Shown here one piece after another: positions 8,472 through 16,392 of a DNA stretch of 37,671 nucleotides. The translations under genes and the position numbers were made by a program. The notes below the pieces were generated by a model that searched no databases, was not told the DNA's origin, and saw only the letters and a list, made by a program, of their open reading frames with translations. The DNA comes from a virus (Duplodnaviria; Caudoviricetes), in IMG/VR virus record IMGVR_UViG_3300046813_000011, positions 1 through 37,671 of that record, one strand, 5' to 3'. Each line of letters opens with the position of its first letter. Position 1 is the stretch's first letter.

Positions 8472-10796
8472 ATGGAATTGGGCATGTATGAAAACATCCC
8501 TCTCGAAATGCGTCAACTGCCTAATTGGATTGTTTGGAAGCTGGAGTATCCTAATGGATTAGATAAGAAACCAACTAAGCGACCATATCAAATTACTGGC
8601 AAGCCAGCTAGCGTTACTGATCCTAATCATTGGGTAACGTTTGAGGATGCTTTTAAGCGGTCAAGCGGATACACTGGCTTAGGCTTCTGCTTCAGCAAGT
8701 CCCCATATTCAGGGATTGATTTGGATGATGCTTCCAAACTGGCTGATGGTTCTGATAATCCAAACTACAAGGATGACTTAAGCAGACAGATTAAAATTGC
8801 TACTGATTTTGATAGCTATTCAGAAACTAGTCCTTCTGGAAAAGGACTGCATATAATTGTTAAAGGCAAAGTACCAGATGGAAAGCGTACTAATTACATA
8901 GAGCTTTACCCTGAAGCACGTTACTTCACCATGACAGGTAACGTATTCAATAATAAACCAATAGCCGATAGACAAGACGCCCTTAACCAACTGTGGGCAC
9001 AAATGGGTGGAGTGATTGAAGCTCCAGCTACAGTTGATAGTCCATTAGAAATTAGTGACGATCAAATACTAGAATTGGCTCGCAAGCACAATACAAGCAC
9101 TTTCACAGATTTGGAAGCTGGTCAATGGGTTGGAAAATATCCGTCCCAATCTGAGGCTGATCAAGCTTACCTGAATATCATAGCCTATTATACCAATGAT
9201 AGACTTCAGGTTGAACGCATTTTTCGTGCTTCCAAACTCATGCGTTCCAAGGTTAACATCAATAAAGGCTATCTTAAGAATAGTATTACCAAGGCTTTCG
9301 ATCAGAAAGTACCACCATTAAATTTTGATGGATTGAAAGAGCAACTTGAACTTAAGCTTTCCACTAAACCCGCTTCGTATAATGGTAGTACGGTAGCCTT
9401 TGACGCTACAGGAGTTGGTTCAATTCCATCAGCGGGTGCCAATACACCAATAACCCTCCCTCCCGGTCTATTGGGTGAAGTGGCTCAGTTTATTTATGCT
9501 GCTGCTCCACGTCCAGTGCAAGAGGTAGCGATAGCCGCAGCTATTGGGCTGCTGAGCGGCATTACAGGCAGAGCATACAATGTATCAGGTACAGGATTAA
9601 ATCAATATGTGCTGCTCCTAGCCATGACAGGAGCAGGAAAAGAAGCATCTACTTCTGGTATTAATAAATTAATGGGATTGGTTAAAGAGCAAGTACCATC
9701 TTCCATTAATTTTGTTGGTCCTTCTGAAATTGCATCCGGCGCAGCACTATTCAAATTTCTTGGCACAACGTCACAATCTTTTATATCGTTCTTAGGTGAG
9801 TTTGGTTTACGCCTTCAGCAAATGAGCAGCCCTAATGCAAACGGTTCTGAAGTCTCTCTTAGGCGTATGCTTCTGGACTTATATAACAAGTCTGGTGCTA
9901 GTGAAATTCTCCATGCCTCTATTTATTCCGATAAGGCTAACAATACTTCTGCTGTACATTCTCCCTCGTTTAGTATTTTGGGAGATAGTACCCCTGAAAG
10001 ATTTTATGGCGCATTGAATGAGGATATGATTAGTGAAGGATTGTTGCCAAGGTTTCTGTTGATTGAATACAAAGGCAATAGGCCTGATTTGAATGATCAT
10101 CATACGCAAGCTGTTCCGTCATTCAATTTGATTAAGAAGCTAAGTGATCTGGCTGCTTATGTTGATAGTCTTAATCATGCTGCTAAGCGTTTAGTTATCA
10201 ATGTGCAGTCTACTCCTGAAGCAGCCAAGTCTTTGCGTGAATTTGATCTATCAGCTACGAATAAGATCAATTCATCTAATAAGGAAGTTATCAGACAATT
10301 GTGGAACCGTGCCCACATTAAGGTTTTGAAGTTAAGTGCTTTGCTTGCTGTTGGTCAAAACATGATTGAACCTGTTATTACTCAGGTTGATTTTGAATGG
10401 GCAGCTAGGTTAATTGAAGCTGATATTAATGCTATAACTGATAGATTTGATGCTGGCGAAATTGGTGGCAACTCGTTTGAGCTTAACCAAATGAAAGATA
10501 TGATTAGAATTATTAAGGAATATGTAGATAAAGATTTTGAATATGTATCTAAATATAAAGCTGTTGAGAAAATGCATAAGAATAAAGTAATATCTAATAC
10601 TTATTTAAACTTACGATTAACTAAAATGGCGTCATTTAGAAATGATCGCATTGGAGGAACTGGAGCTTTAAAAAGAACTATTCAGAATATGATAGATAAC
10701 GGTAGACTTATTACATTATCATCAGTTGAATTATTTAAAAAATATGAGACTACTCAAAAGGCTTATTATATTCATCCGTCTATTCTTGAGGATTAG
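8472..10796 (+). CDS. Primase-polymerase (AEP, NrS-1-like) fused to a DUF3987-type P-loop helicase
   Basis: WIVW, GIDLDD, SPSGKGLHI, SQSEAD; C-terminal TGAGKE, GLLPRFL. Confidence 0.88.
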   Translation: MELGMYENIPLEMRQLPNWIVWKLEYPNGLDKKPTKRPYQITGKPASVTDPNHWVTFEDAFKRSSGYTGLGFCFSKSPYSGIDLDDASKLADGSDNPNYKDDLSRQIKIATDFDSYSETSPSGKGLHIIVKGKVPDGKRTNYIELYPEARYFTMTGNVFNNKPIADRQDALNQLWAQMGGVIEAPATVDSPLEISDDQILELARKHNTSTFTDLEAGQWVGKYPSQSEADQAYLNIIAYYTNDRLQVERIFRASKLMRSKVNINKGYLKNSITKAFDQKVPPLNFDGLKEQLELKLSTKPASYNGSTVAFDATGVGSIPSAGANTPITLPPGLLGEVAQFIYAAAPRPVQEVAIAAAIGLLSGITGRAYNVSGTGLNQYVLLLAMTGAGKEASTSGINKLMGLVKEQVPSSINFVGPSEIASGAALFKFLGTTSQSFISFLGEFGLRLQQMSSPNANGSEVSLRRMLLDLYNKSGASEILHASIYSDKANNTSAVHSPSFSILGDSTPERFYGALNEDMISEGLLPRFLLIEYKGNRPDLNDHHTQAVPSFNLIKKLSDLAAYVDSLNHAAKRLVINVQSTPEAAKSLREFDLSATNKINSSNKEVIRQLWNRAHIKVLKLSALLAVGQNMIEPVITQVDFEWAARLIEADINAITDRFDAGEIGGNSFELNQMKDMIRIIKEYVDKDFEYVSKYKAVEKMHKNKVISNTYLNLRLTKMASFRNDRIGGTGALKRTIQNMIDNGRLITLSSVELFKKYETTQKAYYIHPSILED
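9368..9441 (+). tRNA. tRNA-Gln(UUG) cloverleaf nested inside the primase-helicase CDS
   Basis: Acceptor ACCCGCT/AGCGGGT, discriminator G, then CCA. D arm GTAT-AATGGTA-GTAC. Anticodon arm GTAGC-CTTTGAC-GCTAC. T arm GTTGG-TTCAATT-CCATC with one T:T mismatch. Confidence 0.85.
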
Positions 10797-11040
10797 TACG
10801 TTTTGTATGGAAAAATGCTTCCTTGTATGGGTGTCAAGTGCTTGAAATTGTTATACTAAAGGCGAAAAAGGATGATTTTGTATTAGTATGCTCTGAAGCT
10901 ACCCTCTCCTAACCCTGTGTGACCACCTCACACTTATACTATTATGTTAAATATCTATACTATTTATACTATTTATATTAAAGAGAGTGAGTTCAAGGGG
11001 TTAGCCGTCCAAAAAACCGCACAAATGAATACAAAGGACT
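10797..11040. other. Candidate replication origin
   Basis: Non-coding, directly after the primase-helicase; three TTGTAT repeats; AT-rich tract with three TATACTATT repeats. Confidence 0.45.
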
Positions 11041-11046
11041 AAAAAA

Positions 11047-11244
11047 ATGAAAGATGACAATCAAAGCGATGTGCAAAAGTATCAGCTATCAGATGCTCAA
11101 ATTAAATTATTTGTAGATAAGTCACAAGATAAGCATGTGAAGATGATTTGGAACGTCGCAATAGAAACTGCTGCTATGAAAGCAAAAGAAAATGGAGCTA
11201 CACCAAATGTATTACTCAAGATAATGAAGCTGGTGAAGAAATGA
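11047..11244 (+). CDS. Hypothetical protein (WN.AIE.AA motif)
   Basis: AAGGA RBS; IWNVAIETAA. Confidence 0.65.
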   Translation: MKDDNQSDVQKYQLSDAQIKLFVDKSQDKHVKMIWNVAIETAAMKAKENGATPNVLLKIMKLVKK

Positions 11245-11417
11245 CAAAAGAAATGCCAGATAAAGATTATATCAAACGTCAAGATGGTTCTGATATTTAT
11301 TTAGGACCATTTGCTAAAGAAGTATGGAATTTAGCAATCGAGCAGGCTGCAATAAGTGTGGGTAAACTACCTTACTCAACGGAAGCTTGCGCTGTTATTA
11401 GAGGATTAAAGAAATGA
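11241..11417 (+). CDS. Hypothetical protein (WN.AIE.AA motif), paralog of the previous gene
   Basis: Start reset to ATG 11241 (ATGA overlap); VWNLAIEQAA. Confidence 0.65.
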   Translation: MTKEMPDKDYIKRQDGSDIYLGPFAKEVWNLAIEQAAISVGKLPYSTEACAVIRGLKK

Positions 11418-11590
11418 GTATGCCAAGAGTTAAATTATTAACGCTAACTAATGGTAAGCATGTCTGGTATCCAAGCCAGAGTGATCTAAACCATTATAAG
11501 AGTATTGCTGAAGTCTGGATTGAGGAAAGGTTGACAATGGATGAATTTAAAGAATTATTAGGAAAAAGAACATTTCTTAAAAATAAGTAG
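11414..11590 (+). CDS. Hypothetical 58-aa protein
   Basis: MSMPRVKLLTL...; ATGA overlap. Confidence 0.55.
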   Translation: MSMPRVKLLTLTNGKHVWYPSQSDLNHYKSIAEVWIEERLTMDEFKELLGKRTFLKNK

Positions 11591-11619
11591 TTGACTATCA
11601 ATTGAAGGCCGTCTATAGT
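11591..11619 (+). promoter_or_regulatory. Repeated phage sigma70-type promoter
   Basis: TTGACT-17 nt ending CCGTC-TATAGT. Confidence 0.8.
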
Positions 11620-11643
11620 GATGAATAACAGATGGAGATACAA

Positions 11644-11817
11644 ATGACTGATACATATCAGCCCGCTCTTGAAGTTTCCAAAGCTGAAGTGGATTTTATC
11701 CGCGCCAATGCGCCGCGTTCTGGAACCTTGGCTGGTCTTTGGGGCTATTACAATCGTAAGGGCGGGTTGACCCAACGTCAATTGGACTTCGTTCGCAACG
11801 CAATGAAGGGAGCATAA
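11644..11817 (+). CDS. Hypothetical protein
   Basis: GGAG RBS; MTDTYQ...GLTQRQL. Confidence 0.65.
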   Translation: MTDTYQPALEVSKAEVDFIRANAPRSGTLAGLWGYYNRKGGLTQRQLDFVRNAMKGA

Positions 11818-11821
11818 GCAA

Positions 11822-11953
11822 ATGTTCTATTATTTCACAGCTAACAAAGTTGCTGGTTACTCTGGCTTCGTGATCTATGGACCGGCAAATAGCAATATTT
11901 GCTCTGTCTGGATGGTTCCCGGTACTTTCTTTGATGATTGGGATAATCAGTAG
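11822..11953 (+). CDS. Hypothetical 43-aa protein
   Basis: GGAG RBS; MFYYFTANKVAG... Confidence 0.5.
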   Translation: MFYYFTANKVAGYSGFVIYGPANSNICSVWMVPGTFFDDWDNQ

Positions 11954-11982
11954 TTGACTTAATTAAACTAACCGTCCATACT
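11954..11982 (+). promoter_or_regulatory. Repeated phage promoter
   Basis: TTGACT-17 nt ending CCGTC-CATACT. Confidence 0.8.
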
Positions 11983-12012
11983 GGACAAACTAACTAAATG
12001 GAGAATGAGAAA

Positions 12013-12222
12013 ATGAAGAATGTTTCGCTAGGTTCAAAGAAGAAGGTTTTCAAGTCGGTTCGGTTGGCTGCGGAAGCTGCTGGCGTTCCCTACATGACCT
12101 TCTACATGCGTTTGCGTAGTGCTGAGAAGGCTGGTGGATTGGGCTGGAAGGCTTACAGCACGTTCCATAAGCCTGTCAGGAAGTATGTCAGGAAGGTAGC
12201 GGAGGGTCAAGACAATGGCTAA
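12013..12222 (+). CDS. Small basic HTH-like protein
   Basis: FKSVRLAAEAAGVPYMTFYMRL. Confidence 0.65.
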   Translation: MKNVSLGSKKKVFKSVRLAAEAAGVPYMTFYMRLRSAEKAGGLGWKAYSTFHKPVRKYVRKVAEGQDNG

Positions 12223-12406
12223 TGGTCGTAAGGTGACGTTTGAATATCGTCCTAATTCGGTAGAGGCAATTAAAAACAAGACGCCTTATAGGTGTCTGAA
12301 GGTTTCTAATAGCCTTGAATTTAATCCGGGGGACTGGTATAAAGGCGAAGTTGTAGAAGCTCATTGCCGTAGCAATCATTGGGAAGTTGTTATTGTAGCT
12401 GAGTAA
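12215..12406 (+). CDS. Hypothetical protein
   Basis: GGAGG RBS; ORF track. Confidence 0.65.
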   Translation: MANGRKVTFEYRPNSVEAIKNKTPYRCLKVSNSLEFNPGDWYKGEVVEAHCRSNHWEVVIVAE

Positions 12407-12410
12407 ATAC

Positions 12411-12531
12411 TAAAGGAAGGTAGAGCGGCTACTTTTAAACCATGCTCGTTTAGCGGCATGATCCTTTAAGCTAGGCTGGATTTAACCCTAGGAATGCAGA
12501 ACGGTGGAAATCCGCTGTAATCCAGCCTAGC
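12411..12531 (+). ncRNA. Putative structured RNA (three-way junction plus T-loop-capped hairpin)
   Basis: TAAAGGA/TCCTTTA encloses two hairpins; perfect 13-bp GCTAGGCTGGATT/AATCCAGCCTAGC encloses CGG-TGGAAAT-CCG. Confidence 0.55.
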
Positions 12532-12557
12532 ACTTTAATTATTAATGGAGGATTGTA

Positions 12558-12689
12558 ATGGACTTTGATCTTAATGATTACGATCCGTTCCATCCTCGCT
12601 TTGAGATAGATGAAGCTGGTGATGAGCAGCTAGTTGACGAACCAATGGAAGAATATAATTGGGAAGAATGGCTTGACTTTGATAATTGA
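12558..12689 (+). CDS. Highly acidic 43-aa protein
   Basis: GGAGG RBS; MDFDLNDYDPFHPRFEIDEAGDEQLVDEPMEEYNWEEWLDFDN. Confidence 0.65.
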   Translation: MDFDLNDYDPFHPRFEIDEAGDEQLVDEPMEEYNWEEWLDFDN

Positions 12690-12724
12690 TCCGTTTATAA
12701 CTTAAATATCAAATGGAGGGTAAA

Positions 12725-13195
12725 ATGAGACTTGATAAATATAAGTTTGCCAGCTTGATTGCGATGATCAGCAATTGGGGCTGTGTTCTTTCGCCCATTC
12801 GTATTCAGGATATTGATGACGCAATCAATATTGATACTCCTGATCCGGTAGCCTCATATCCTGATGCTCATGATATTAATTACCTCATGGCTTTGATGGC
12901 TGATGGCACCAAAAAGATTGAGGCTATCAAGCTGCATCGCAAGCTTACCGGCTTTGGCCTGAAGGAAAGTAAGGATATGGTTGAGAAGTATTGGCCTGTT
13001 CAGTCCTACTCACCGCTTAAGGTAGATTATCTAAAGCGTATTGCCGATGCTCTTGGTACTGAGGAAACTGGTGAAGCTTTGGTTGAAGTGGCTCGCAATG
13101 CCCATAGGGCTGAGTTGGAGCTTGCTAGCCAGCATAATGAACCGACAACCTTGGGTGATATTCTTCGTACTGCAACTAATAACGAAAATTATTAA
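12725..13195 (+). CDS. Protein with a ribosomal L7/L12 C-terminal-like domain
   Basis: KKIEAIKLHRKLTGFGLKESKDMVE; GGAGG RBS before the MRLDK start. Confidence 0.75.
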   Translation: MRLDKYKFASLIAMISNWGCVLSPIRIQDIDDAINIDTPDPVASYPDAHDINYLMALMADGTKKIEAIKLHRKLTGFGLKESKDMVEKYWPVQSYSPLKVDYLKRIADALGTEETGEALVEVARNAHRAELELASQHNEPTTLGDILRTATNNENY

Positions 13196-13203
13196 TTTAA
13201 CAG

Positions 13204-13231
13204 TTGACTATCCTATAGGAACGTGTAGGAT
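13204..13231 (+). promoter_or_regulatory. Promoter upstream of the structured RNA
   Basis: TTGACT-16 nt ending ACGTG-TAGGAT. Confidence 0.6.
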
Positions 13232-13240
13232 ATAGAAATT

Positions 13241-13365
13241 CAAACAACAGCAGCCCAATCTCCTGTTGTTTGTCTTATAAAGAAGATAGGGTGCTGCTAT
13301 TCTGCGCGGGGGAATAGCTTAAGACAAACTTTGCTGCATTGCTATGCGGTGAGGTTAGCCCGCGC
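13241..13365 (+). ncRNA. Putative pseudoknotted ncRNA or structured 5' leader
   Basis: Several perfect 7-10 bp complementary pairs; loop GCGCGGG complements CCCGCGC downstream. Confidence 0.6.
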
Positions 13366-13385
13366 CAAATTAAAGGATTAAACAA

Positions 13386-13508
13386 ATGTATATCCTCTAT
13401 TCCCCTCTAACTGGCTGTCAGGTTATCAGTGAAGATTATGCACAGTTTATGATGTGCTCAATGCCGTGCCCAAGTGGTCATAGCGTTTGCGTGTGGAGGG
13501 TTGGATGA
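13386..13508 (+). CDS. Hypothetical 40-aa Cys-rich protein
   Basis: AAGGA RBS; MYILYSPLTGCQ... Confidence 0.45.
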   Translation: MYILYSPLTGCQVISEDYAQFMMCSMPCPSGHSVCVWRVG

Positions 13509-13717
13509 GTGATATTCTGCTATCTATGATCCATGATAGAGCTATGGCAACTGCGCCTAAAAATATTGAGATAACAGTAGCTAACTATCATCTTTGGGTA
13601 GCTCATTGGTTTTTAACTGCTGAAAATTTAGCTCTGGAATTTGCTAATCAGGGTTTACCTAAAACTCATGAAGCAATTAAAAATATTATTGTAGAGCAGA
13701 AAAGGCTTATCAAATGA
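13505..13717 (+). CDS. Hypothetical protein
   Basis: GGAGG RBS; start at MSDILL. Confidence 0.6.
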   Translation: MSDILLSMIHDRAMATAPKNIEITVANYHLWVAHWFLTAENLALEFANQGLPKTHEAIKNIIVEQKRLIK

Positions 13718-14022
13718 AACTGCGTATACAAGCTCAGCAGCTACTCCCCGGTGATATTGTGGGAAGTGGTGAGACTGTTGATAACGTCACCATAAACAGC
13801 ATTCAATGGCCTACCAGTAAGTGTATGGTTCGATTAAAATCAACGCTTAAGAATGGTGTCTTTACTGGTAGGCAAGTCCTATGGGGTAAATATACTTATA
13901 TCAATGTAGAGAGAGGAAAGACCTGCAATCATTGTACCGATTGGCAAGCCAAGGGTTTTATTTGTAATAGAACTTATGGAGAATGCGATTGTCCTAAGTG
14001 CCAAGGGTACTGCAAATGTTAG
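13714..14022 (+). CDS. Hypothetical protein with Cys-rich C-terminus
   Basis: LLPGDIV...CNHC...CDCPKCQGYCKC. Confidence 0.65.
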   Translation: MKLRIQAQQLLPGDIVGSGETVDNVTINSIQWPTSKCMVRLKSTLKNGVFTGRQVLWGKYTYINVERGKTCNHCTDWQAKGFICNRTYGECDCPKCQGYCKC

Positions 14023-14213
14023 GACAATCATATAATGATAACTTCTGTATAGTTTGTAGAGGCAACAAAACTTTAAAAGTTATTGTCTTGGATGGAAATG
14101 GTAAGGATTATAAATACCTTCCTGATATTAAATGTGAAATTTGTAATGGAACTGGCGTTATTGCTACTGCTGCTGGACAAGCAAATCAATTGAGTAAACA
14201 AAGACAATGTTAA
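14016..14213 (+). CDS. DnaJ-type zinc-finger small protein
   Basis: CIVCRG and CEICNGTG. Confidence 0.6.
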   Translation: MLGQSYNDNFCIVCRGNKTLKVIVLDGNGKDYKYLPDIKCEICNGTGVIATAAGQANQLSKQRQC

Positions 14214-14315
14214 TCGCTCAACTCTTGCCTGAAACTTGGCTGCAAGGCGAGGGTATGTTCTGGTGGTTCGTTCTGGAGGAATTAGCCTTGCCAATGCTGC
14301 TCTGCTGGAGGTTTC

Positions 14316-14474
14316 ATGCCCATTAGCTATGCCCCGACTATCCGCTTTACCGCGCGGGAAATTTTAATTTTAATCCAAATCATTGAAGTTGCGAGGGCTG
14401 ATGAAAGCATCTACAATATCGCTCGCAAGATGGAAGTGGAACAGTTACGGAATAAGTTGGGGAATGTGAAATGA
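14316..14474 (+). CDS. Hypothetical 52-aa protein
   Basis: GGAGG RBS; MPISYAPTIRFTAREI... Confidence 0.55.
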   Translation: MPISYAPTIRFTAREILILIQIIEVARADESIYNIARKMEVEQLRNKLGNVK

Positions 14475-14668
14475 TAGACCCTAATAGCAAATCCTATCCC
14501 TATCTCGCCATTGCTCAACGTTATGGAGTGCCATATGCTGAAGTTTTAAAATACAGTGATGATATTAAAGAAATCAGCTACAAGATTGATACCATAATGA
14601 TAGCATCTTATTGGAAACAGGCAGTCTGGAATGTGGAGTTAAACAGGAATGGCAGACAGTGGTCCTAG
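14471..14668 (+). CDS. Hypothetical protein
   Basis: YLAIAQRYGVPYAEV, HTH-like; ATGA overlap. Confidence 0.6.
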   Translation: MIDPNSKSYPYLAIAQRYGVPYAEVLKYSDDIKEISYKIDTIMIASYWKQAVWNVELNRNGRQWS

Positions 14669-14840
14669 AGCGCAAGCTAGGAAGGAATTGCGTGATTACG
14701 ATAATCCCAAGAATGGTCTTAACAAAAAGTTTGGAGATAGGGAGTATCTAAATGAAATTTTAAAAAGATATGGTATGCCTGAAGCTGAGTTGCGTAAATG
14801 GGTACTGGAAAAGTCTAGAAAAGGGAAGCGGCATGATTAG
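14649..14840 (+). CDS. Hypothetical protein
   Basis: GGAG RBS; ORF track. Confidence 0.6.
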   Translation: MADSGPRAQARKELRDYDNPKNGLNKKFGDREYLNEILKRYGMPEAELRKWVLEKSRKGKRHD

Positions 14841-15087
14841 GTTTATTAAAGTTACCGAATGTGTAAACACTCTGAGGATACCACTTATCATAAATACCAA
14901 TCGTATCATATCAATAAAGATTGGCGATAAGAACAGAGATACGATGATCCAGCTAGATAGCAAGTTTTTCTTTGTAGCTGAGACTACTGAGCAGATTTGG
15001 GGAATGCTGAGCAATAGTACTGGTGTTAGCTTTGGAGAGAATTTAAGTCATGAAGAAGTTATTCAGCTTAGAAAATTAAAATCATGA
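14833..15087 (+). CDS. FlbD/SwrD-like small beta protein
   Basis: MIRFIKV...INTNRIISI...DTMIQL...FFVAETTEQI pattern. Confidence 0.5.
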   Translation: MIRFIKVTECVNTLRIPLIINTNRIISIKIGDKNRDTMIQLDSKFFFVAETTEQIWGMLSNSTGVSFGENLSHEEVIQLRKLKS

Positions 15088-15230
15088 GCCAAAATTTAAA
15101 ATTTACCATCGTATCCATTGCAATAGCTAGTTTGATCCCGATTGGATTAGGACTTGCTTTATGGACTAAAGACAGCTACTATTTGGTAATGAGTGTGATA
15201 GGATTTATTATCATAGCTGCGGGAGGGTAG
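15084..15230 (+). CDS. Small membrane protein with two transmembrane segments
   Basis: MSQNLKFTIVSIAIASLIPIGLGLALW...YYLVMSVIGFIIIAAGG. Confidence 0.6.
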   Translation: MSQNLKFTIVSIAIASLIPIGLGLALWTKDSYYLVMSVIGFIIIAAGG

Positions 15231-15231
15231 A

Positions 15232-15522
15232 ATGGGATGGTCTAGCGAATGGAATTTACCACCACTAAAAGAATTTAAAACAGAGTTGCCTATCCAAGAT
15301 ATTATTGAAAAGGTCTATTTAAACAAAGTGCCCACACATGACCCTTATTCTAATCCTGATGCTCATATTTATTACGAGTGCTCTTGCGGAGAAATACTTG
15401 ATCCGGGTACGAAATCTTTTGCCTCATTGAATAATCATGCTAGCAAGGTTGGCTGGAAGATTAGATTTAGTGAGAGAGGCTACATTCCTCATTGTGTTAA
15501 GTGTGGGGAAGGTATTGAGTAG
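15232..15522 (+). CDS. Zn-binding hypothetical protein
   Basis: ECSCG...GW...HCVKC; GGAGG RBS. Confidence 0.7.
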   Translation: MGWSSEWNLPPLKEFKTELPIQDIIEKVYLNKVPTHDPYSNPDAHIYYECSCGEILDPGTKSFASLNNHASKVGWKIRFSERGYIPHCVKCGEGIE

Positions 15523-15728
15523 TGGCTAGAGCAGGACAACGCAAAACCCATTGCTACATGGGCCATGAGCTATCTGGTGATAACGTTAGAGTTAGGCTTG
15601 TATGGTCTAAAGGTAAGCAGTACGAGGAAAGAGGCTGCAAGGCTTGTAAAAGAATTAATGAGGTGAATAGATATTACAGGAATAAGAAGAAGCAAAAGAA
15701 TGAAACATACTATAAATGCTACACTTAG
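15522..15728 (+). CDS. Stand-alone Zn-finger domain of the type appended to phage HNH nucleases
   Basis: KTHC..GHEL...N...R.CKACKR. Confidence 0.6.
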   Translation: MARAGQRKTHCYMGHELSGDNVRVRLVWSKGKQYEERGCKACKRINEVNRYYRNKKKQKNETYYKCYT

Positions 15729-15900
15729 ATGTAATGATGGAATAGCTCCTAATGAAGATGAAGTTGATCTAATGATTAAAACTTTAGAAATGAGAATAGG
15801 AACTGAATTTATTGCTGAGAGAATATATTGGGGACCGATAATGTGGCAAGATAGAGATTTTATATTTGCTATTTACCGGGATTGGAATAAAGCAGAATGA
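15700..15900 (+). CDS. Hypothetical protein
   Basis: ORF track; in operon. Confidence 0.5.
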   Translation: MKHTINATLRCNDGIAPNEDEVDLMIKTLEMRIGTEFIAERIYWGPIMWQDRDFIFAIYRDWNKAE

Positions 15901-16030
15901 AACGCACGTTAGCAATTAGATGGTTGTTCTGGTGGCATAGGGCTGAGTATTGGCAGCAATGGCACTGGCGACGATCCAAACGAATAGTAGGTTATCCTGA
16001 AGCTAAACCCAAGAAAGAATGGTGTGACAA

Positions 16031-16204
16031 ATGAAACAGTTTCGTTTACTGCTAACAGATACTAATCAATGGACAGCTTGGTTTGATCTGGATAAAAACT
16101 TTCCTCCTGCTGCGCTGGATGGTATTTTAAATGTTCAATTCAGTGAGACTTTGACTGTACCAGAAACTGTTCAATTTTGGAAAACCCATCAGGGACAATA
16201 TTAA
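16031..16204 (+). CDS. Hypothetical 57-aa protein
   Basis: MKQFRLLLTDTNQWTAW...; coupled starts and stops. Confidence 0.5.
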   Translation: MKQFRLLLTDTNQWTAWFDLDKNFPPAALDGILNVQFSETLTVPETVQFWKTHQGQY

Positions 16205-16392
16205 TGAATTATAAACAACTCCTAGCTGATTTTTATTTATCTTTGTTGACTATTCCTGCTCATTCGAGCTTCAGACTTGATAACCAGCTTCTTTATGCTA
16301 CAACTCGCGATGCTCTGGCTACTGAGCTATTTGAAACTCCAGAGGCAGTACAACGGATATTCGAGCGGATGGCTCAAGAGGATCAACAATGA
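16204..16392 (+). CDS. Hypothetical protein
   Basis: TAATG coupling; start at MNYKQ. Confidence 0.6.
   Translation: MNYKQLLADFYLSLLTIPAHSSFRLDNQLLYATTRDALATELFETPEAVQRIFERMAQEDQQ

Noticed and set aside
9368-9441. Nested tRNA as a prophage attachment-site boundary
   Set aside because: Phage sequence and the reading frame continue on both sides, no duplicate 3' tRNA fragment was seen, and no integrase is in the window. Use as an attP cannot be excluded without the full genome.
12411-12468. Calling this a bona fide tRNA-Lys gene
   Set aside because: It has no acceptor stem with CCA, no paired anticodon stem and no canonical T arm; it is kept only as a structured-RNA candidate.
14390-14420. 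Hammerhead core CTGATGA
   Set aside because: It lies within a plausible ORF and lacks the required flanking helices.
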